Source: Azolla caroliniana (lineage: Eukaryota; Plantae; Polypodiophyta). Taken from it: 64,000 bases of DNA. The notes under the pieces are model-generated. The model ran no database searches. It was not told the DNA's origin and saw only the letters and a list, made by a program, of their open reading frames with translations. Location of the stretch: NCBI GenBank assembly GCA_043228905.1, contig JBHGNT010000002.1:18538001-18602000 (forward strand), written 5' to 3'. Positions 59,093 through 64,000 of this stretch are shown here, piece after piece. A program made the position numbers and the translations under genes. Each line of letters starts with the position of its first letter. Positions within the stretch are counted from its first letter, which is position 1.

Positions 59093-59889
59093 TGATAGGG
59101 TGTATAAGACAAAGGATAGTAATACAGAATATATGGACTTGACCAAACCGATTAGATGGAGTTGTGAATCATAATATATTATTTAGATTAAGGTAGCTAT
59201 GAATTAGAGAGGGAGACTGAAGAAATTAAGACAAAAGATAGACAAGATGAGAAAGAGAGAAAAATGTTATAAATTCAACTATCAAGACCATACAAAGGGG
59301 ATAAACTCCAAATTCAACTAAAAACCAAACAAATTCTTGACTTCCAATCACCTAAACCCGCAAATGTCTTTCACTATTCTTCCTTAATCCTTTTCTCCTT
59401 TGACTATGCCTCCTTCCCACTTCTAAGACTCTTTTTTCCCCTACCAAGACCCCTTCTCTACTAAGACCTTCTACTTCCTCTACTAAGATATCACTTTTCT
59501 CTTATATTCTTCCTCTTCTTCCTCGTTCAGACTATTGGCTTTTTATCTCCTATTTTTAGTTAAGACACAATGACCTTCTAATCGTCATATCTCCCTCATC
59601 GGAGCTCCAAATTTAGAGATTTAAAAATCTATAAATAGCTCTATTTACAAGCTTTCTAACCCATATTTAAACATGATATTTGGGTTAAAAAAGAAAGAGT
59701 TATGAGCATTCCTTTTTGACTATTTTTTATGGCCTGCTTTTTCTCTTTTTACTTTTACCTGTGTCTCTTACTTTTACTTTTGACTTATTCTTAAGGACTT
59801 GGTTCGTGTTCTTAGCCTCAAAATGTGAATTATCCATACTTTATATTATTCTAGTATTCAATGCCTTGGATTCTAAAAACACTTTCACA
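59093..59889. mobile_element. Solo LTR inserted in RT
   Basis: TG...CA with TSD ACGAT (59088-59092, 59890-59894); removal restores DLYSVYDQF; the last ~330 bp match 2400-2741. Confidence 0.92.
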
Positions 59890-60372
59890 ACGATCAATTC
59901 CATTTGGCGGTTGACAGTGGTGACATTACAACCATGAAGATTCGGATCAGGCTTGTGCAGATGTGTACCTTACCTCAAGGTGCAATGAACTAAGTGGCTC
60001 ATATGGTGAATGCAATGAACAAGGTCTTGAAAGATTGCATCCCGGGAATCATGATGCCCTTCTTGGATAATATTCCGATAAAAGGATGTTCAGATGAGGA
60101 GAAGGATGAATCGAAAGATAAGGATGGATGTAGAAAGTTCGTCGTGGATTATACGAAGGATTGCAAGAAGGTGCTGCAAAGGCTCGAAGATGTGAATTTC
60201 ACATTTTCGGGAGAAAAGTCCACATTCGGGCAATCAGAGATCTTGGTGGTAGGTCAGTTGTGTGGAGCATATGGCCGGAAGCCTTCGCCATCCAAGGTGA
60301 ATGCGATCTAGGACATGAAAGAAGAATATGTAACCCAAACAGAGGTTCGATGGTTCCTTGGAGCATGCGCGT

Positions 60373-63128
60373 TGTCGTGTTGTTACACTCTCGCGTAGGA
60401 AACTAAGGCGGGACTGCAGGGGCCCTGGACCGAGGAATACCCGAAAAAGAGGGAGGAGCAAGGTGAAACAATGGGCCGGCAAGTACCAGCTACCAGCAAA
60501 TAGGTACGCAGTGCTCACCAGGTGAACGATCCTCGACTCATGCTTGCCGGCTCGACTACCACGGCAGCGTACAAAGAATGAACAGTAACACACACTCGTC
60601 TAGTTTCGTGCCAACAATGGGCCGAGCCACACACACAAATACACAGAGGACTCATAAACAAGGAATCGATTAAGACAACTAGGCAAATACAAAGCTTTTC
60701 GAGACTACAACCGGCAAGCCGGTGAGCGACCACGCGCAAACACCCACACACACAAAGAGCACGTAGTGGAGCACGCAATGGAGCCTCTGTCGAAGCGCAC
60801 GAGCTTCTCCTTCAAGCAGAGGAAACCGACCAAAACCTGTAGAGCTCAACGAAGAAAAATGAGAAGAGTGATAGATGTTTCAACCATCTCCCCTTTTCTT
60901 TTATAGGCCGTCGAGGAGGGCCGTCACATCTTGAATACATCATCTTTATTCTTGTCCCTTCGAACAGAGATACACATCGATTTCCTAGCTAATAAAAGTG
61001 TACTACCTAGTATATTTACATCAACCGACCTATTCCTAATTATGTACATCTTATCAATACTTGTGCCCGCGCATAAGGGCCGATTCATGCGTCTTATTCA
61101 TCGATTCCTCCTAAGGCCGGTTTTCTCCACGACATCCACCCCCACCAAACCGCACATCCACCGGTATGCGCCGGAGAGGGATGAATACCGGAGAAAACCG
61201 GCTCGCGGTCACCCGTTGCTCTCGGAACCGTCATCTGCTCCGGTCCAATCGTTGTCGTCGCCCGCGCTTACCAGGTCCGGTTCGCCTTCATGCCGCTTCT
61301 TGAAGGCCTTGATCCTCTTGCCGGCTACTGGCACCGCTATCCATGTCTCGTCGAGCTCTGCAAGATAGTAGGTTCCGTTGCCATTTGTGCTCATTACGGT
61401 GTAGGGCTCGAACCACCTCCTTGCAAACATACGCACCGCCTTGTGCTGGTTGTCGAGGCTGTTGTCGTACACCAGCACCTAGTCGCCTTCCTCGATCTTC
61501 TTTGGTCGTAGTCAGTTCGTTTGGTTGAACCGGCCTTTGTTCCTTTCCCTTGCTGCATGCAGCTTCGCCTTTGCCCGCTCCACGTCCTCCGGTCTTCACT
61601 CGAGCTGTCGAATCCGCGTTGCCAGTAGCTCTTCCCGGCTCATCTCGTCTCTCCAGTCCACCGCCGCCCACGAGGAGATTGTTCGCTCTATCGGCATGAT
61701 CGACTTCTGCCCATACATTAGCTCTGCTAGCATGAACCTGGTTACTGAACTATGTGTAGTTCGGTGCACCCATAATGCGTAAGGTAGGAGCTACGGCCAA
61801 TTCCCGACTTGTCCTTCACAAGCCCGTACTAACGCCTTCACAATCGGCCCATGCCCGTGCTCTACCTTCCCGTTCGCCTCTAGATTGTACGCGATAGTGA
61901 GGGAAAGCATAACCCCTAGCTGGCTGAACAGCTAGTTGGCTTTCTGCGAATCCAGCTCCCCCCGGTCAACCACGATCTTTCCCATGCACCCGTATTGGCA
62001 CACCACTTCCTCAATTAGGAACCGGCACACGACTGCAATCGTCTTGTTCAACAATGCTCGGCCCTCCACTTGGTTCGTCAAATCCTCTCTTGCCAGCACC
62101 AGGTACCACATCTGCCCTACCCCCATCGGCATCGTCACCAAGTCCACCATCCACTTGAAGTCGTCACGAACTGATGCCGGACTATGGAATGCATCTGGCA
62201 GCTCTCACAAGTCGTCACGAACTGATGAATGTCCCCGTACAATCCCGGCCACCAATACTTCTCCTTCAGCTTTTCGAATGTGGCCCATGTCCCATGATGT
62301 TCGGCCCAAGGACTCTCATGATACGCCGTTAGCAACACCTCCTGCTCTTCCTTCTTCGCCACTACCTGGAGTTGGACACCGCCTCCCTTCTTCGGGTGTT
62401 TCCATATGCTTCCGTCATGTAGGAAGAACCGATACGCTTTCTTCCAAATCCGGTTAGCCTCTTCTCTTGTCCACGCCATGTCCGGCGTCATCGTCTTTAG
62501 GAACCCACCGATCTGGAGCCACTCCCCATCATACTCGCCCTCATCAAACTCATTAAGCATTGGAGTTCTCCCTTCCCTCATCATCACGTAAGCGGACTTG
62601 AAGAAGTCCACGCCGACTTCCTCGTCCTCCGAAACCATGCCGTTTTTGTCATCAAACCATGCTCTCGAAAGCATGTCGGCCATGGCATTGTCCTTCTCGG
62701 AGATGTGTTGTATCTCCGGATTCAGGGACTTAATGTACGTGATCCACTTGAGCATCGCAAGGTCTGGCGTCGCGCATTCGGAAACCATATCGAGGATCGG
62801 TAGGCAATCTGTCTCGATTATCACCTTCGTCCCAATCAAGTAGTCTTTGTCGGGCTTGACCGCCGAAACGATACCCCAGAGTTTGTGTTTAACTTGGGCG
62901 TATCCTCGCTGTTGCTCACTAAGTACTTTCACCCCGGACCGGATGGCGAACCTCGTGCCGTTTTCGTCCTCCTAGTTGATCACCCTTCCTATCCCGGTCG
63001 GGCTCGTGTCTACAATCACGTAAATCGAGACCTTCTTACCGTAAATCGAGTGCCGATGCCGCGGTAAGCGCTTCTTTCAATCTCCGAACCGACCTCGTGT
63101 GTTCCCCGCTCCACTTGAACTTGCGCCC
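60373..63128 (-). mobile_element. Ty3/gypsy element of the Trp-primed family, 3' half (3' LTR 60373-61134, PPT, integrase, RNase H)
   Basis: TGTCG...CGACA; PPT GGTGGGGGTGGA; ORFs homologous to 30560-32450; LTR terminus nearly identical to the one at 1833. Its PBS is not in view. Confidence 0.9.
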
Positions 63129-63873
63129 TCTATCATTTCCACGACTATTTCTTGTTTGGCTCCTACCACGGTGTTGGTTCTTGTGAGCAACATCATAAAC
63201 ATTATATGCATCTCCATTATGTGATGCAATCATTGATTTCCTACGAATTTCTTCACCCAAAAGTGCTCCACATATGTCATTATAGACTAATTTCCCATTT
63301 GGTGCACTAGACTAATAGCGGTGCAAAAAGTGTCCCATGAGCTAAGCAAAGTGCATAACAAAAATACAAATTTCAGCTCATCGTCCATAATCATTTTCTG
63401 AGCTTGTAATTATGACCATAGTGCATCAAAATCATTCAAATGAGAGGCGACACTGTCATTGTCCTTCATTTGAAGATCATAAATTTTTCGCATTAGATAA
63501 ACTTTGTTTGTTGTGGTCTCTTTTCCATATGTATTGCATAGTTTAGTCCATAACATTTTAGCTAACTCAAAGTCCAAGACCATGAAATACACATTGTCAG
63601 CTAGGTGCAATCTTATGGTAGCCATTGCCAAGAGATCGAGCTCTTCCAAATCGTCCTTGGTCATGCCCTCAAGTCTCTAGGCTCACCACTTAATGGTCTT
63701 AATTGCCTTCTTTGAATCAGAACATCTCTCGTCTAATTCTTCCACAAGGTAAAGTTCGATCTGTCAAATTTACGGATCTCAACGTGGTTTTTTACACTCA
63801 TAGAGTGGTTTCTATGGGAATTAAAGGAACCCCCGCGTGAGGTACTCGAAACCTCAGACATTTCAGAGGCCAT
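63129..63873 (-). pseudogene. Ty1/copia gag (UBN2-type), decayed
   Basis: IRKFDRSNFTLWK, AMATIRLHLADNV, LWTKLCNTY...NKVYLMRKIYDLQM. Confidence 0.88.
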
Positions 63874-64000
63874 TGGGTGGTAAGTAAGCTTAGTTGATTC
63901 CAAATCTAAGCATCTAATGATAATTGAGACACTACTCACTACCTGGTCTCAAGTACAACTATCACCGTGTTCTAGGGTAGGTATGTGTGTTTGCCTAAGA

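Larger units (their letters stand above)
54147..60372 (+). mobile_element. tRNA-Trp-primed Ty3/gypsy element, decayed (5' LTR 54147-55533, PBS 55538-55555, gag-protease-RT)
   Basis: TGTCG...TGACA followed by TGGTGAACCCGACGTGAA; collinear with 27000-30495; cut at FLGACA by the next element. Confidence 0.88.

Noticed and set aside
63129-63873. Missing gag of the copia at 22137-25810
   Set aside because: That insertion is closed by its LTR terminus and TSD at 38762-38775, and a host gene lies between the two, so this is a separate element.

Overview
This is eukaryotic land-plant DNA. The transposon inventory (Tcn1-like chromoviruses, tRNA-Trp-primed Ty3/gypsy elements, RTE-X-like LINEs) points to a non-seed plant such as a fern or lycophyte, but that is inference. 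The window is mostly nested transposons, many with recoverable LTR termini, PBS/PPT sites and target-site duplications (TSDs). They include four tRNA-Trp-primed Ty3/gypsy copies, two chromovirus copies, Ty1/copia pieces, five solo LTRs, two tandem LINEs, L1 remnants and an intact hAT DNA transposon carrying a captured host-gene fragment. One clear host gene is present, a single-exon F-box protein. The most unusual object is a decayed, intron-containing minus-strand gene (35900-38761) fusing a ParB/Srx-like domain to a beta-class N6-adenine/N4-cytosine DNA methyltransferase, an architecture typical of phages and bacteria. It lies inside the boundaries of a copia insertion, which suggests it is mobile cargo. 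A second notable pattern is that all four Trp-primed gypsy insertions sit next to 4-mers with a central CG. All calls were made by eye; no database searches were run.
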